From IMG/VR virus record IMGVR_UViG_3300025390_000022, positions 1 through 35,128 of that record: a stretch of DNA of 35,128 nt. The stretch is one strand, 5' to 3'. Both the position numbers and the translations under genes were made by a program. The notes below the pieces were generated by a model. The model made no database searches. It saw only the letters and a list, made by a program, of their open reading frames with translations, and was not told the origin of the DNA. Below, piece after piece: positions 25,148 to 34,501 of this stretch (position 1 is its first letter; every line of letters starts with the position of its first letter). This DNA comes from a virus. Lineage: Duplodnaviria; Caudoviricetes.

Positions 25148-26248
25148 ATGTCAACTAGCATTTATAATTACAACGGGACACTGTTGGTCTCAGTACCAGA
25201 TGGCGCACTCACAACATCTGCTGCACCAATAGCATTTCCCGGAAGAGGTTATACCAACTACGGTGCACCAGTGCTGCAGGACATACTTTGGACCATGCAG
25301 AACTTTGCTGGCACTGTGGCACCAACTCCCCTGTTGACAGGGGTCAATTGGTACAATACCAACAGCGGCAGCATGGAGGTATACACAGGCAGTGCTTGGT
25401 CGGTGATGTTCAAAGACAATCAAAACAATGCGCCTGCAGTGAATCTCACCTATGACCTTGGCACCAATAGTCTGCAATTCAACAACATCTGGGTTGGCAC
25501 TGTGCATGCCAACACTGTGAATTGCAACAACCTCAATACCAATATTGCCAATGTTGCAGTGTTGAATGCTGGTACAGTGAATGCCACTACAATCACTGGC
25601 GTGACCAATGTATTTCTCACCAATCAGAGCAATGCACCCACACTGAACAACACTTACAATCTTGGCAATGCGACCAATGCATTCAACACAGTGTATGCCA
25701 ACAACATCAATGCCACTACAATCACTGGCGCGACCAATGCATATCTCACTGGGCAGGACAATCTGCCCAGTGTCAATAATACCTATAATCTGGGCAGCGG
25801 CAGTTCCAAGTATCTGGGTGTCTATGCTACCACATTCTACGGCACAGCTACATCTGCAGAGTATGCGGACCTTGCAGAACGCTATCACAGTGACCAACCC
25901 TTGGATCCCGGTACCGTGGTATGTCTAGGCGGCACTGCAGAAGTCACAGCAGCCACTGTGCAGGGCAGTGAACAGGTGTTTGGAGTGGTGTCTACTGCAC
26001 CTGCCTATCTGATGAACAGCGACGCAGGCAGCGATCTCACACATCCTGCCATTGCTGTCATGGGAAGAGTGCCCTGCAAGGTTGTTGGGCCTGTGCGCAA
26101 AGGTCAGCGAGTTATGGCCAGTGCAGTGGCAGGTCATGCCTGCGCTTGGGATCCTCAGCAGGGCCCACTTGCTATTTTGGGCAGAGTGTTGGTTGACAAG
26201 ACATCGCATGGCATGGACACTATTGAGATCGTGGTAGGCAAGAACTAA
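25148..26248 (+). CDS. Tail fibre-like protein with C-terminal intramolecular chaperone (peptidase G2-like) domain, 366 aa
   Basis: N-terminal GRGYTNYG...NFA...P anchor; three PxxNxTYxLG shaft repeats; C-terminal YADLAERY...PGTVV...GVVSTAPAYLMN...GRVPCKVVG.V.KG. Confidence 0.72.
   Translation: MSTSIYNYNGTLLVSVPDGALTTSAAPIAFPGRGYTNYGAPVLQDILWTMQNFAGTVAPTPLLTGVNWYNTNSGSMEVYTGSAWSVMFKDNQNNAPAVNLTYDLGTNSLQFNNIWVGTVHANTVNCNNLNTNIANVAVLNAGTVNATTITGVTNVFLTNQSNAPTLNNTYNLGNATNAFNTVYANNINATTITGATNAYLTGQDNLPSVNNTYNLGSGSSKYLGVYATTFYGTATSAEYADLAERYHSDQPLDPGTVVCLGGTAEVTAATVQGSEQVFGVVSTAPAYLMNSDAGSDLTHPAIAVMGRVPCKVVGPVRKGQRVMASAVAGHACAWDPQQGPLAILGRVLVDKTSHGMDTIEIVVGKN
25580..25749 (+). repeat. Imperfect direct repeat, 41 bp x2, period 129 nt (43 codons)
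   Basis: 25580-25620 aatgccactacaatcactggcgtgaccaatgtatttctcac vs 25709-25749 aatgccactacaatcactggcgcgaccaatgcatatctcac; 38/41 identical. Confidence 0.9.
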
Positions 26249-26249
26249 T

Positions 26250-27167
26250 ATGACTTACAGCAGCGGCAGCCTCATTCAGGCCAGTGATTATAATGGATTC
26301 ACAGGCAGCTCTGCTCCAAATCTAGCCTATGGCAGCAGTGGTGCAGCGACACAAAAAGTCTGGGCACTGATTGGGGTGGGTTTTGGTGACAGGGGCTACG
26401 GTCAGACATCCACTTCTAATATTGTGGTTGCTGCAGGCAACACAGTGTCAGCTGCTCAGTGGAACTATCTGATCAATGCCATGGGCATTATGAACACTCA
26501 TCAGGGATCAGGACTTACACCCCCTGTCACAGCTGTGGTTGGCCAGTCCGTCACTGCTCAAAGTGTGATACCCAGCAACATTGTCACGTTGGATTCCAAT
26601 AGACTAAACAGCACACCCACTGACATGACTCTCAGCAGTGTGTTGACCAGCAGCATAGGCACATGGAACACGATTGTTGTGCATGCATTTACTATGACTT
26701 TTGCTAGCGAAGATGCGGCCAGATATTTTTTCAACAGCGGTGGACAGCTGCGTTGGACTGGGAGCAATGTGGGTGGTACCACACCACCTGCTTTAGACTG
26801 GGCAGCTATCCTAGACGGCATGGGCTCCATTATAATGGGGGCCTATAGTACCTCATACATGGGTACCGGTGGTGTGATACCCAACAACATAGGGTATTAT
26901 GGACTCACTGGCACACCAACCGAAATCTTCTATCACAATGGTGCAGCTGGTCCATACAGTGGTACACAATACAAAATAGAAGTCAGCCGCAGCAGTTATG
27001 TGGGAGCCAATGGCGGCAACGGCAGCGTGATCAACTGCACAGTGACCTTTAATGATGCTACTGCAGGAGCAGTTGACGGTACCACCAGCAGTGTGATCTA
27101 TCAATACAAAGCCACTGGTGTGTTGACCATAGCAGATCCGGTTTTTGTTACCACTACTCCTCTGTGA
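26250..27167 (+). CDS. Putative tail fibre/virion structural protein, 305 aa
   Basis: MTYSSGSLIQASDYN, GYGQT, VSAAQWNYL and FASEDAARYFFNSGG; G/S/T-rich; starts 1 nt after the fibre gene stop. Confidence 0.6.
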   Translation: MTYSSGSLIQASDYNGFTGSSAPNLAYGSSGAATQKVWALIGVGFGDRGYGQTSTSNIVVAAGNTVSAAQWNYLINAMGIMNTHQGSGLTPPVTAVVGQSVTAQSVIPSNIVTLDSNRLNSTPTDMTLSSVLTSSIGTWNTIVVHAFTMTFASEDAARYFFNSGGQLRWTGSNVGGTTPPALDWAAILDGMGSIIMGAYSTSYMGTGGVIPNNIGYYGLTGTPTEIFYHNGAAGPYSGTQYKIEVSRSSYVGANGGNGSVINCTVTFNDATAGAVDGTTSSVIYQYKATGVLTIADPVFVTTTPL

Positions 27168-27171
27168 TATC

Positions 27172-27200
27172 TTGACACCGTTGCTGTTTGCCACCACAAT
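27172..27200 (+). promoter_or_regulatory. Sigma70-type promoter
   Basis: TTGACA (27172-27177), 17-nt spacer, CACAAT (27195-27200) in the 59-nt gap; SD GGGAG before ATG 27227. Confidence 0.55.
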
Positions 27201-27226
27201 CGCTGTGACAGTGATTGGGAGTAACC

Positions 27227-27583
27227 ATGGACGAACGTCTAGCAAAGGCGCTGGAATTCAGCAAATATCGCATCAGTCTCTTCAATCGCAAGGAAGATCT
27301 CAAGGTAAAAATCAACGGACTGCTGCTTTATGCACAGGGCGGTGGTATATTCAGCATCAAACCAGAACTCATTGCATTTGTGGATCTGTTGGTCAACCGG
27401 GGCAGAACTCAGGCAGTGCTGATTGATGACAATGGCAACCCCATTGAAATAGCTGATCTGGGGCAATTTCTAGATGATATTCTCAGCAAGTATTTTGAAG
27501 CCACCAATCTGTGGCATGCTGAATATGTCAAGCTGCGCAGTGCTCGCACGGTAAAAAGCATATATGAGTTTGTAGATGACTGA
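27227..27583 (+). CDS. Hypothetical phage protein, 118 aa
   Basis: MDERLAKALEFSKYR...GGIF...VLIDDNGNPIEI; good SD; overlaps the next gene by 8 nt. Confidence 0.75.
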   Translation: MDERLAKALEFSKYRISLFNRKEDLKVKINGLLLYAQGGGIFSIKPELIAFVDLLVNRGRTQAVLIDDNGNPIEIADLGQFLDDILSKYFEATNLWHAEYVKLRSARTVKSIYEFVDD

Positions 27584-28469
27584 TGTCAGCTCCAAAGGCA
27601 TTGTGATGTTTGCACACAATACTGCCCAAATAGATTACAGCCAATTGGCTTTGTGCAATGCCCTGTTGGTTAAAAAGCATCTCAGTGGTCGCAGCGTGGC
27701 TCTCATAGCTGATCAGGCTTCTATAGATCATCTGTATGGATTCTACAGCAAATCTGTGATAGACTGTGCGTTTGATTACCAAATCATACATGAGCCAGAT
27801 GACCTCAATGTTGGCAAACGCAGATTCCATGACACTCGCTATACCACCTTTACAGAAATCTATCGCAACACCGGGCGTGCCAGTGTTTACGAACTGAGTC
27901 CTTTTGACGAGACACTGCTGCTGGATTCAGATTATCTCATGTTGGACAACAGCATGGATTTGGTCTGGGGCACCACAGAAGATTTCATGTGCAATCGCCA
28001 TACCAGGGATTTGGACCATGCTTGCAACAAATTTGGTTTTGATAACCGCTTCAATGAGATGAGTATACCGCTGTATTGGGCCACAGCTGTGTATTTTCGC
28101 AAGACTGACAGGGCTAGACTGGTGTTTGAGCTGATGAATTTCATCAAAGAAAACTATGCTTACTATCAATATCTTTATAGGTTCAGCCACAGCGGCTATT
28201 TTCGCAATGACTATGCGCTGAGCATAGCTCTGCATATGACCAACAATCTCATTGAGCAGGACTGTGTGGCACCGCTGCCCGTAAACCACATCTTGTTCAG
28301 CATGGAGCATGATGAAATGCATGCCTTTGCACAGGGCCATTGTATCATCACCAGTGAACCTCAGCAGGGAGATTTTCGCCTGCACAACTGCAGCAGCAAT
28401 CTACATCTCATGAACAAGCCAGCCATATTGCGTCACCGAGAGGACATAGTCAATTATGCTCTCAGCTGA
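27576..28469 (+). CDS. GT-A fold glycosyltransferase-like protein (GT8-like), family 1 copy A, 297 aa
   Basis: KGIVMFA N-terminal strand, DYSQLA, SPFDETLLLDSDY (DxD), YWATAVYFRKT, FRNDYALSIA. Confidence 0.65.
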   Translation: MTDVSSKGIVMFAHNTAQIDYSQLALCNALLVKKHLSGRSVALIADQASIDHLYGFYSKSVIDCAFDYQIIHEPDDLNVGKRRFHDTRYTTFTEIYRNTGRASVYELSPFDETLLLDSDYLMLDNSMDLVWGTTEDFMCNRHTRDLDHACNKFGFDNRFNEMSIPLYWATAVYFRKTDRARLVFELMNFIKENYAYYQYLYRFSHSGYFRNDYALSIALHMTNNLIEQDCVAPLPVNHILFSMEHDEMHAFAQGHCIITSEPQQGDFRLHNCSSNLHLMNKPAILRHREDIVNYALS

Positions 28470-29331
28470 CATCAACCGCAGACCTCGCGGATTCTTCACA
28501 CTGGCTCAGAACACTGCTGACACAGACTATCTACAGTTGGCCTATGCCTTGGCTCTGAGCCTCAAGGTCAGCCAGCAGACTGTGCCGTGGCTGTCAGTGG
28601 GCGTCACACCAGGCACCACTGTGCCAGAGCGCTATGCCTGGGCATTTGACAATATCATAGAAGTGCCTTGGGGAGACGATGCTGCAGACTCCAATTGGAA
28701 GTTGGAGAATGAGTGGAAAGTCATACACATGACCCCCTATGACGACACTGTCAAGCTGGACTGTGACATGCTGTTCTTCAGTGACATGACTGTGTTGTGG
28801 GATCAGCTGGCTCAGCGAGATTTCACCATCTGCAACCAAGTGAGAAATCACAAAGCTGAAGTTGTGACCAGTGACTATTATCGCAAGCTGTTTACACAGA
28901 ACCAGCTGCCAAACATCTACACGGCATTCATGCATTTCAAAAAGACACCTGAAACTCATGAAATCTTCAACTTGGCCAAGTTTGTCTACCGCAATTGGCA
29001 GGCGGTGTTTGAAGTGGTGCTGGCTCCCGAACATCGGCCTGACTATGTCAGCACAGATGTGGTATTTGCTGTGGTGCTCAAGCTGTTGGACTTGGACCAG
29101 CACTGTTACACTGCCAAATCCTGGCCCACGTTTACACATATGAAAAGTCAATTGCAGGGCTGGGACCATCATGTGGTCGAGGACTGGCTACAGCACATGC
29201 CTGTGTTTTTCAACGCTGCTTTGGAATGCAAGATAGGCAATCATCTGCAGACACTGCCTTTGCACTATCACCTCAAGCACTTTCTCACAGATCAGATCTT
29301 GGAGTATTATGAAACTGCTACCAGAACCTAA
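28456..29331 (+). CDS. GT-A fold glycosyltransferase-like protein (GT8-like), family 1 copy B, 291 aa
   Basis: RGFFTLA, DYLQLA, TPYDDTVKLDCDM (DxD), IYTAFMHFKKT, STDVVFAV; colinear with the upstream paralogue. Confidence 0.65.
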   Translation: MLSADINRRPRGFFTLAQNTADTDYLQLAYALALSLKVSQQTVPWLSVGVTPGTTVPERYAWAFDNIIEVPWGDDAADSNWKLENEWKVIHMTPYDDTVKLDCDMLFFSDMTVLWDQLAQRDFTICNQVRNHKAEVVTSDYYRKLFTQNQLPNIYTAFMHFKKTPETHEIFNLAKFVYRNWQAVFEVVLAPEHRPDYVSTDVVFAVVLKLLDLDQHCYTAKSWPTFTHMKSQLQGWDHHVVEDWLQHMPVFFNAALECKIGNHLQTLPLHYHLKHFLTDQILEYYETATRT

Positions 29332-29863
29332 AAATGCATGGCTGTGGTTTGATTGTCGAGACCTCAAGGTCAAACACGTGAGCTGGCATGCTGAAAACAC
29401 ACATGGTGAACACTTTGCTGCTGTGCCATTGGCTCATCAGCAGGCCTTGGATCTGGCTTTGGGCAAGACTCAACTGCATGACTATGAAATAGTCCTGTCC
29501 GATGATCAGTTCACAGTGAATATGAAAAAACGCAAGCCTGCATTCAAGAAATTTTGGCAACTGATCAATCTGGATGCGGACAAGTTTGACAGCAGATTCA
29601 GCCATGTGGATTCAGTGGGCAGTCCTGTGCAGCTGTCACACATCACTGACAGAGGATTCACTGCCAGTGTGTGCAACAGAGTGCGTAATTTGATATTCTA
29701 CATCACCATGAAAAACGACCCCAACTATCTCATAAAGAAAATTGATTTCTACCCCTATGCTGAACATGCCGGTGACACACAATCTGTGTTTGTAGAGGTC
29801 AATGTACAAGGACCCTACAGTATCTATGTGAAATATCATGAGGTCAACTACCATGCAGCATGA
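29309..29863 (+). CDS. Hypothetical protein, 184 aa
   Basis: Overlaps both neighbours; FYITMKNDPNYL motif; no function recognised. Confidence 0.7.
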   Translation: MKLLPEPKNAWLWFDCRDLKVKHVSWHAENTHGEHFAAVPLAHQQALDLALGKTQLHDYEIVLSDDQFTVNMKKRKPAFKKFWQLINLDADKFDSRFSHVDSVGSPVQLSHITDRGFTASVCNRVRNLIFYITMKNDPNYLIKKIDFYPYAEHAGDTQSVFVEVNVQGPYSIYVKYHEVNYHAA

Positions 29864-30758
29864 AATGAGCGAATTTGATTTTGTGTTCCTCAGCTATGAC
29901 GAGCCCAATGCCGAGTCACTGTATGCTGAGTTGTTGAATCAAGTGCCATGGGCCAAACGAGTGCATGGTGTGCGTGGCTTCGACACTGCGCACAGATCCT
30001 GTGCCGATGCAGCTGACACTGATTTTTTCGTCACAGTTGATGGTGACAACCGCATGCATGACAGCTTTCTTTCTGTCAAGATCAACATAGAACCCGAGCA
30101 GCATGACCATGCCTGGACCTGGGCAGGTCGCAACCATGTCAATGGATTGGTCTATGGCAATGGCGGGCTCAAGCTATGGAGCAAGCAGTTTGTGCGCACC
30201 ATGCACAGTCACGAAAACAGCTCAGATGATGCCAGCAAGGTGGATTTCTGCTGGAGCCACAAATACCATGATGTGTTTGGCACTCACAGCACCAGCGTGA
30301 TCAACGGCAGCGCCTATCAGGCTTGGCGCAGTGGCTATCGCGAAGGTGTGAAGATGAGCCTGGAAAATGGTCGCAGGGTAGCACCTGCAGAGTTTATCAA
30401 GAAGATTTGGTTGTACAATCTGCACAAGCTGCTGATATGGTGCAGTGTTGGTGCTGATGTAGAGCACGGCATTTGGAGTATATTTGGCGCACGACAGGGT
30501 GCACACGACTGCAATCTTACCACTGACGACCACACACAGATCAGTGACTACAATTGGTTTGCCAACAAATGGCAAACAGTCAAAGACTGCGATCCTTTGG
30601 CTGCCAGTGCCATACTGGGACAGAAACTGCGTCAAGGTTTGGGCCTTGACATCGCAGATCTAGATGCACAGCAGAGCAGGTTCCACAAGAGTGTCTATCT
30701 CAACCCTCCGCGGCCCATGGTCAGCTATGATGCCATCAGACACTTGGCAGCTGTGTGA
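29853..30758 (+). CDS. Nucleotide-diphospho-sugar transferase-like protein, family 2 copy A
   Basis: FLSYDEPNAE, RVHGVRGFDTAH, FVTVDGDN (DxD), NGLVYGNGGLKLW, AWRSGYREGVKM. Start 29853 chosen from the GAGG SD; 29838 or 29865 are possible. Confidence 0.65.
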   Translation: MQHEMSEFDFVFLSYDEPNAESLYAELLNQVPWAKRVHGVRGFDTAHRSCADAADTDFFVTVDGDNRMHDSFLSVKINIEPEQHDHAWTWAGRNHVNGLVYGNGGLKLWSKQFVRTMHSHENSSDDASKVDFCWSHKYHDVFGTHSTSVINGSAYQAWRSGYREGVKMSLENGRRVAPAEFIKKIWLYNLHKLLIWCSVGADVEHGIWSIFGARQGAHDCNLTTDDHTQISDYNWFANKWQTVKDCDPLAASAILGQKLRQGLGLDIADLDAQQSRFHKSVYLNPPRPMVSYDAIRHLAAV

Positions 30759-32242
30759 TGTTTGACATATTTTGGGTTGGGGCACTAGGCAGTGATGACA
30801 GCAAATATGACAGCTTTCGCAGGCAATATCCCACAGCATTGCGTTTGACCAGCAAGACCACACTGTGTCAAGCAGCGTGCGAGGCCAGCCGGCGCAGTCT
30901 GACCAGCATGTACTGGTTGGTCACAGATGACATTGTATTACCCCAAGACTGGGACTTTGCTTGGTGTCCTGAGTCCTGGGATCGCCAATATCCACATGCA
31001 TGGCCAACTGACAGAGATGCTGTTGACGGTTGGCAGTTTAGAAGCATATACCTCCTGCCCAAAAGCTTCAAACCCACGGATCATGAACTTGCGACAGGTT
31101 GGCCCAACCAGATCAAGTTCATGCCTGGGCCCGAGATTGCAGTGCGACACTGTGACATGGTCATACTGGGCACAGAGCCCTGGCATATCAGAGCTTACGC
31201 GGCTCTACGTCGCAGATATCCCTGGGCCCAATATCTGCAGCATGACAATATAGCCAATGCTGTGTCCAGTTGCAGCACCACGGTTGTCAGTGACATGTAT
31301 TGGTTGATATCTGCAGAACTGGATATACCAAGTGATTTTTACAGTGGATGGCAGCCAGAGCCAGGCCGCAGACACACTGTGCACTCATGGCCCACCTCTG
31401 ATCATCATTGTGTGTGCTACCTTTTGCCCAGGAACATTAAGCACAGCGATCTAGCAGTTTTCAATGTTGAACATGTCACTGCGCCAAGCATGTCTGTGAA
31501 ACCGTTTGACATCTTTTTCATCAGCTATAATGAAAGCTATGCTGATGAGAATTTTGATCAATTGGTCCAGCAGTTTCCGCGAGCACAGCGCGTGCATGGC
31601 ATACAAGGCATACACAATGCTCATCGTCGCTGCGCTGAACTCTGCAGCACAGAAATGTTCTATACTGTGGATGCTGACACTGTGATCGCCAACGGTTGGA
31701 ATTTTGATTATGTGCCACCGCACTATGACCGGCACTATCTGCATCTTTGGTACAGCAGCAATCCAGTGAATGGCCTTTGCTATGGTTGGGGCAGTGTCAA
31801 GCTGTGGCCCACAGATGCAGTCTTGCAGTTTCAAGGTCATTGGCTGGATTTTACCACAGCAGTGGGCAACATCAAGATCATACCAGAAGTCATAGCTGTG
31901 AGCAGATACAACTATGATGCTGCCAGCACCTGGCGCAGTGCCTTTCGTGAAAGCATCAAGCTGTGTCGCAATGTGGTGCTTGGTGATCATGGAGAAAGCT
32001 GGCAACGACTGTGGGTCTGGTTGTCTGCTGAGTCAACTGCTGAATGGTCTGCAGAAAGTCGTCAGGGAGCCATGGCTGGAGTCTGTTATTTTGCCAGCGT
32101 GGGAGCTGACAACACAGCAGCACTGCAGAAGATCAACGACTTTGAGTGGTTAGAGCAGCAATTTGCTGCTGCCACAGCACTGACAGCAGCACAGTGCCCC
32201 AAACATATAGCCCATTTGCTGGGAGTGCAGTTAGATGTATGA
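30758..32242 (+). CDS. Family 2 glycosyltransferase-like protein with two degenerate N-terminal module copies, copy B
   Basis: C-terminal module FFISYNESYAD, RVHGIQGIHNAH, FYTVDAD, NGLCYGWGSVKLW, TWRSAFRESIKL; TGATG coupling. Confidence 0.65.
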   Translation: MFDIFWVGALGSDDSKYDSFRRQYPTALRLTSKTTLCQAACEASRRSLTSMYWLVTDDIVLPQDWDFAWCPESWDRQYPHAWPTDRDAVDGWQFRSIYLLPKSFKPTDHELATGWPNQIKFMPGPEIAVRHCDMVILGTEPWHIRAYAALRRRYPWAQYLQHDNIANAVSSCSTTVVSDMYWLISAELDIPSDFYSGWQPEPGRRHTVHSWPTSDHHCVCYLLPRNIKHSDLAVFNVEHVTAPSMSVKPFDIFFISYNESYADENFDQLVQQFPRAQRVHGIQGIHNAHRRCAELCSTEMFYTVDADTVIANGWNFDYVPPHYDRHYLHLWYSSNPVNGLCYGWGSVKLWPTDAVLQFQGHWLDFTTAVGNIKIIPEVIAVSRYNYDAASTWRSAFRESIKLCRNVVLGDHGESWQRLWVWLSAESTAEWSAESRQGAMAGVCYFASVGADNTAALQKINDFEWLEQQFAAATALTAAQCPKHIAHLLGVQLDV

Positions 32243-32918
32243 CATGGTGTTTATCAGTTATCAGGAAGCCAATGCTGAGCAGAATTGGCAAGACATCGCA
32301 CAGCGTTTTCCACGGGTCAAGAGACTGCATGGTGTCAAGGGCCTGCATCGTGCTCATGTGCAGGCCGCGCACATGGTAGACAGTTTGCTGTTCTATGTGA
32401 TAGATGGTGATGCTGTGATCACAGAAGATTTTGGTTTTGACTATGCAGTTCCCTGGCATCAGACAGATCATGTGCATGTGTTTCGTGCCAAGAATCCCGT
32501 GAACGATTTGGTATATGGCTATGGAGCAGTCAAGCTGTTGCCCACAGCAGAAGTCAAAAGTCTGTCTCACCGAGACCACAAGCCTGACATGACCAGCAGC
32601 ATCAATCGCAAATACAAAATCATACACCAGCTGAGCAACATCACAAGATTCAACACTGATCCATTCAGTGCCTGGCGCAGCGGATTCAGAGAATGTGCCA
32701 AGCTGGCCAGCGGTGTCATAGACGGTCAGGTCAATGAGGAAACCCAGCACAGATTGCACACATGGTGCACAGTGGGGGCACAGGCGCCGCATGGCGATTG
32801 GTGCATGCGAGGAGCCAAAGCTGGTAGAGCTTTTGCACTGGACAGTGGCAGCAGAGATCGCATGCACTGCATCAATGACTGGACCTGGTTGGCCGCAGAA
32901 TTTCAAAAGGAACTCTGA
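32235..32918 (+). CDS. Family 2 glycosyltransferase-like protein, copy C, 227 aa
   Basis: FISYQEANAE, RLHGVKGLHRAH, FYVIDGDA, NDLVYGYGAVKLL, AWRSGFRECAKL. Confidence 0.65.
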   Translation: MYDMVFISYQEANAEQNWQDIAQRFPRVKRLHGVKGLHRAHVQAAHMVDSLLFYVIDGDAVITEDFGFDYAVPWHQTDHVHVFRAKNPVNDLVYGYGAVKLLPTAEVKSLSHRDHKPDMTSSINRKYKIIHQLSNITRFNTDPFSAWRSGFRECAKLASGVIDGQVNEETQHRLHTWCTVGAQAPHGDWCMRGAKAGRAFALDSGSRDRMHCINDWTWLAAEFQKEL

Positions 32919-32921
32919 CAC

Positions 32922-33791
32922 ATGGGCGTGTTTTATCCCAGCAACATGGATGTGTTCTACATCAGCTATGATGAGCCAAATGCCGAGGTCAATTGGCAGA
33001 GAGTGCAGGCTCTGGTGCCGCGGGCTGTGCGCATGCACGGCATCAAGGGTTTTGAAGCAGCTCACAAGGCATGTGCGCAGGCCAGCACCACCGAGAGATT
33101 TCTCACAATAGATGGCGACAACTGGCTTTTGGAATCGGGCCTAGACGCGACACTGGACGACACTGGCATGCCAGATGTGGTTTTCAGCTTCAAAAGCCGC
33201 AATGCCATCAATGCATTGGAATATGGCAATGGCGGTCTCAAGTGCTGGCGCAGCGCTGTGTTGCTGAACAGCAGCACTCATGAAAGCAACGGTACTACTG
33301 ATTTCTGCTGGTCGCTGCGATACTATCAGTGGGACACACTGGGCAGCATCACCGTGAACAACGCCAGCTCATATCAAGCATGGCGTGCAGGCTACAGAGA
33401 GGGTGTGAAGATGAGCTATATTCAAGGCAGACCCATGCAGGATCCGAGACGCGACCTTGGCTCAATTTGGTACACCAACAGAAGCAAACTCTTGACATGG
33501 ATGTCGGTTGGCAGCGATGCACTGAATGGCAACTGGGCCATGCTGGGTGCTAGGCAAGGTTTCTGTGACCTTTATCTGCAGAACATTAACCACAGTCTGA
33601 TCAACGACTATGATTGGTTCAGTGCTCGCTGGCAGTCGGTGGGTCAGGGAGACGTGCAGGAGCAGCTCACACAGTGGCAGGCTCTGATGCTGCAGGAGTT
33701 CAACATGCACGTGCCTACACTGTGTGCAGAGGACAGCCAATGGTTCAAAGGCGTGTATTTGAATCCTCTGCGTCATGGACTGATGCAATGA
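32922..33791 (+). CDS. Family 2 glycosyltransferase-like protein, copy D, 289 aa
   Basis: YISYDEPNAE, RMHGIKGFEAAH, FLTIDGDN, NALEYGNGGLKCW, AWRAGYREGVKM; closest to copy A, including the C-terminal K.VYLNP.R. Confidence 0.65.
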   Translation: MGVFYPSNMDVFYISYDEPNAEVNWQRVQALVPRAVRMHGIKGFEAAHKACAQASTTERFLTIDGDNWLLESGLDATLDDTGMPDVVFSFKSRNAINALEYGNGGLKCWRSAVLLNSSTHESNGTTDFCWSLRYYQWDTLGSITVNNASSYQAWRAGYREGVKMSYIQGRPMQDPRRDLGSIWYTNRSKLLTWMSVGSDALNGNWAMLGARQGFCDLYLQNINHSLINDYDWFSARWQSVGQGDVQEQLTQWQALMLQEFNMHVPTLCAEDSQWFKGVYLNPLRHGLMQ

Positions 33792-34501
33792 CAGGCTCTG
33801 TGGAACAGCATCTGCGCAATGTGCAACGCATGCTGCGCATGGTGCCGGATCAGGAACAGTTTCTGGAACGATACATAGCCCTGTCAGCGCATGAAAATTT
33901 TGAAATCTGCAACACCCGAGATGCCTTTAGCCAAGGACAGATAGCCAGCAAAAAGTGGCTGATTGACAGTTGCATCCACCTGGGGCTGAGTCTGGGACAG
34001 ACTTGGACTCTGTGTGGTTGGGTTGGTGTGTTGGGCTATTTGCTGCTGATGCACCGAGATCAGCTGAAAATCAGCAGTGTGCGCAGCTTTGACCTAGATC
34101 CTGCCTGTGCCGGCATGGCAGATACCTTGAATCGTGTCTATGTGAAAAATGGCTGGCAATTCAAAGCATCAACCTTGAATGTCAACTGTTTGACATACGA
34201 CAACTGCCAATATCAAACAGTGAAACACAATGGCACACAGCAGACTGTGCAGGAATCTGCAGACACCATCATCAACACCAGCTGTGATCACATGACTGAA
34301 GATCGCACTTGGTGGAATGCCATTCCAGGGGGCAGACTGGTGATACTGCAGAACAATGATTGGCATGACAATGATCAACACACCAACACTGTGCAGACTC
34401 TTGAGCAATTTGCTCAGCAATATGACATGAGCCAATTGCTGTATAAAGGACAATTAGACTGTACATTGTATCAGCGATTCATGTTGATAGGGCGCAAGTG
34501 A
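33788..34501 (+). CDS. Putative class I SAM-dependent methyltransferase, 237 aa
   Basis: ATGA overlap at 33788. DAFSQGQIASKKWL, glycine loop LCGWVG, acidic SFDLDP, IINTSCDHM, LVILQNN and RFMLIG, consistent with a Rossmann MTase fold. Confidence 0.65.
   Translation: MTGSVEQHLRNVQRMLRMVPDQEQFLERYIALSAHENFEICNTRDAFSQGQIASKKWLIDSCIHLGLSLGQTWTLCGWVGVLGYLLLMHRDQLKISSVRSFDLDPACAGMADTLNRVYVKNGWQFKASTLNVNCLTYDNCQYQTVKHNGTQQTVQESADTIINTSCDHMTEDRTWWNAIPGGRLVILQNNDWHDNDQHTNTVQTLEQFAQQYDMSQLLYKGQLDCTLYQRFMLIGRK

Noticed and set aside
25580-25749. Direct repeats as a CRISPR array or DGR template/variable pair
   Set aside because: Only two in-frame coding copies, mismatches are not adenine-specific, and no cas or reverse transcriptase gene is in the window.
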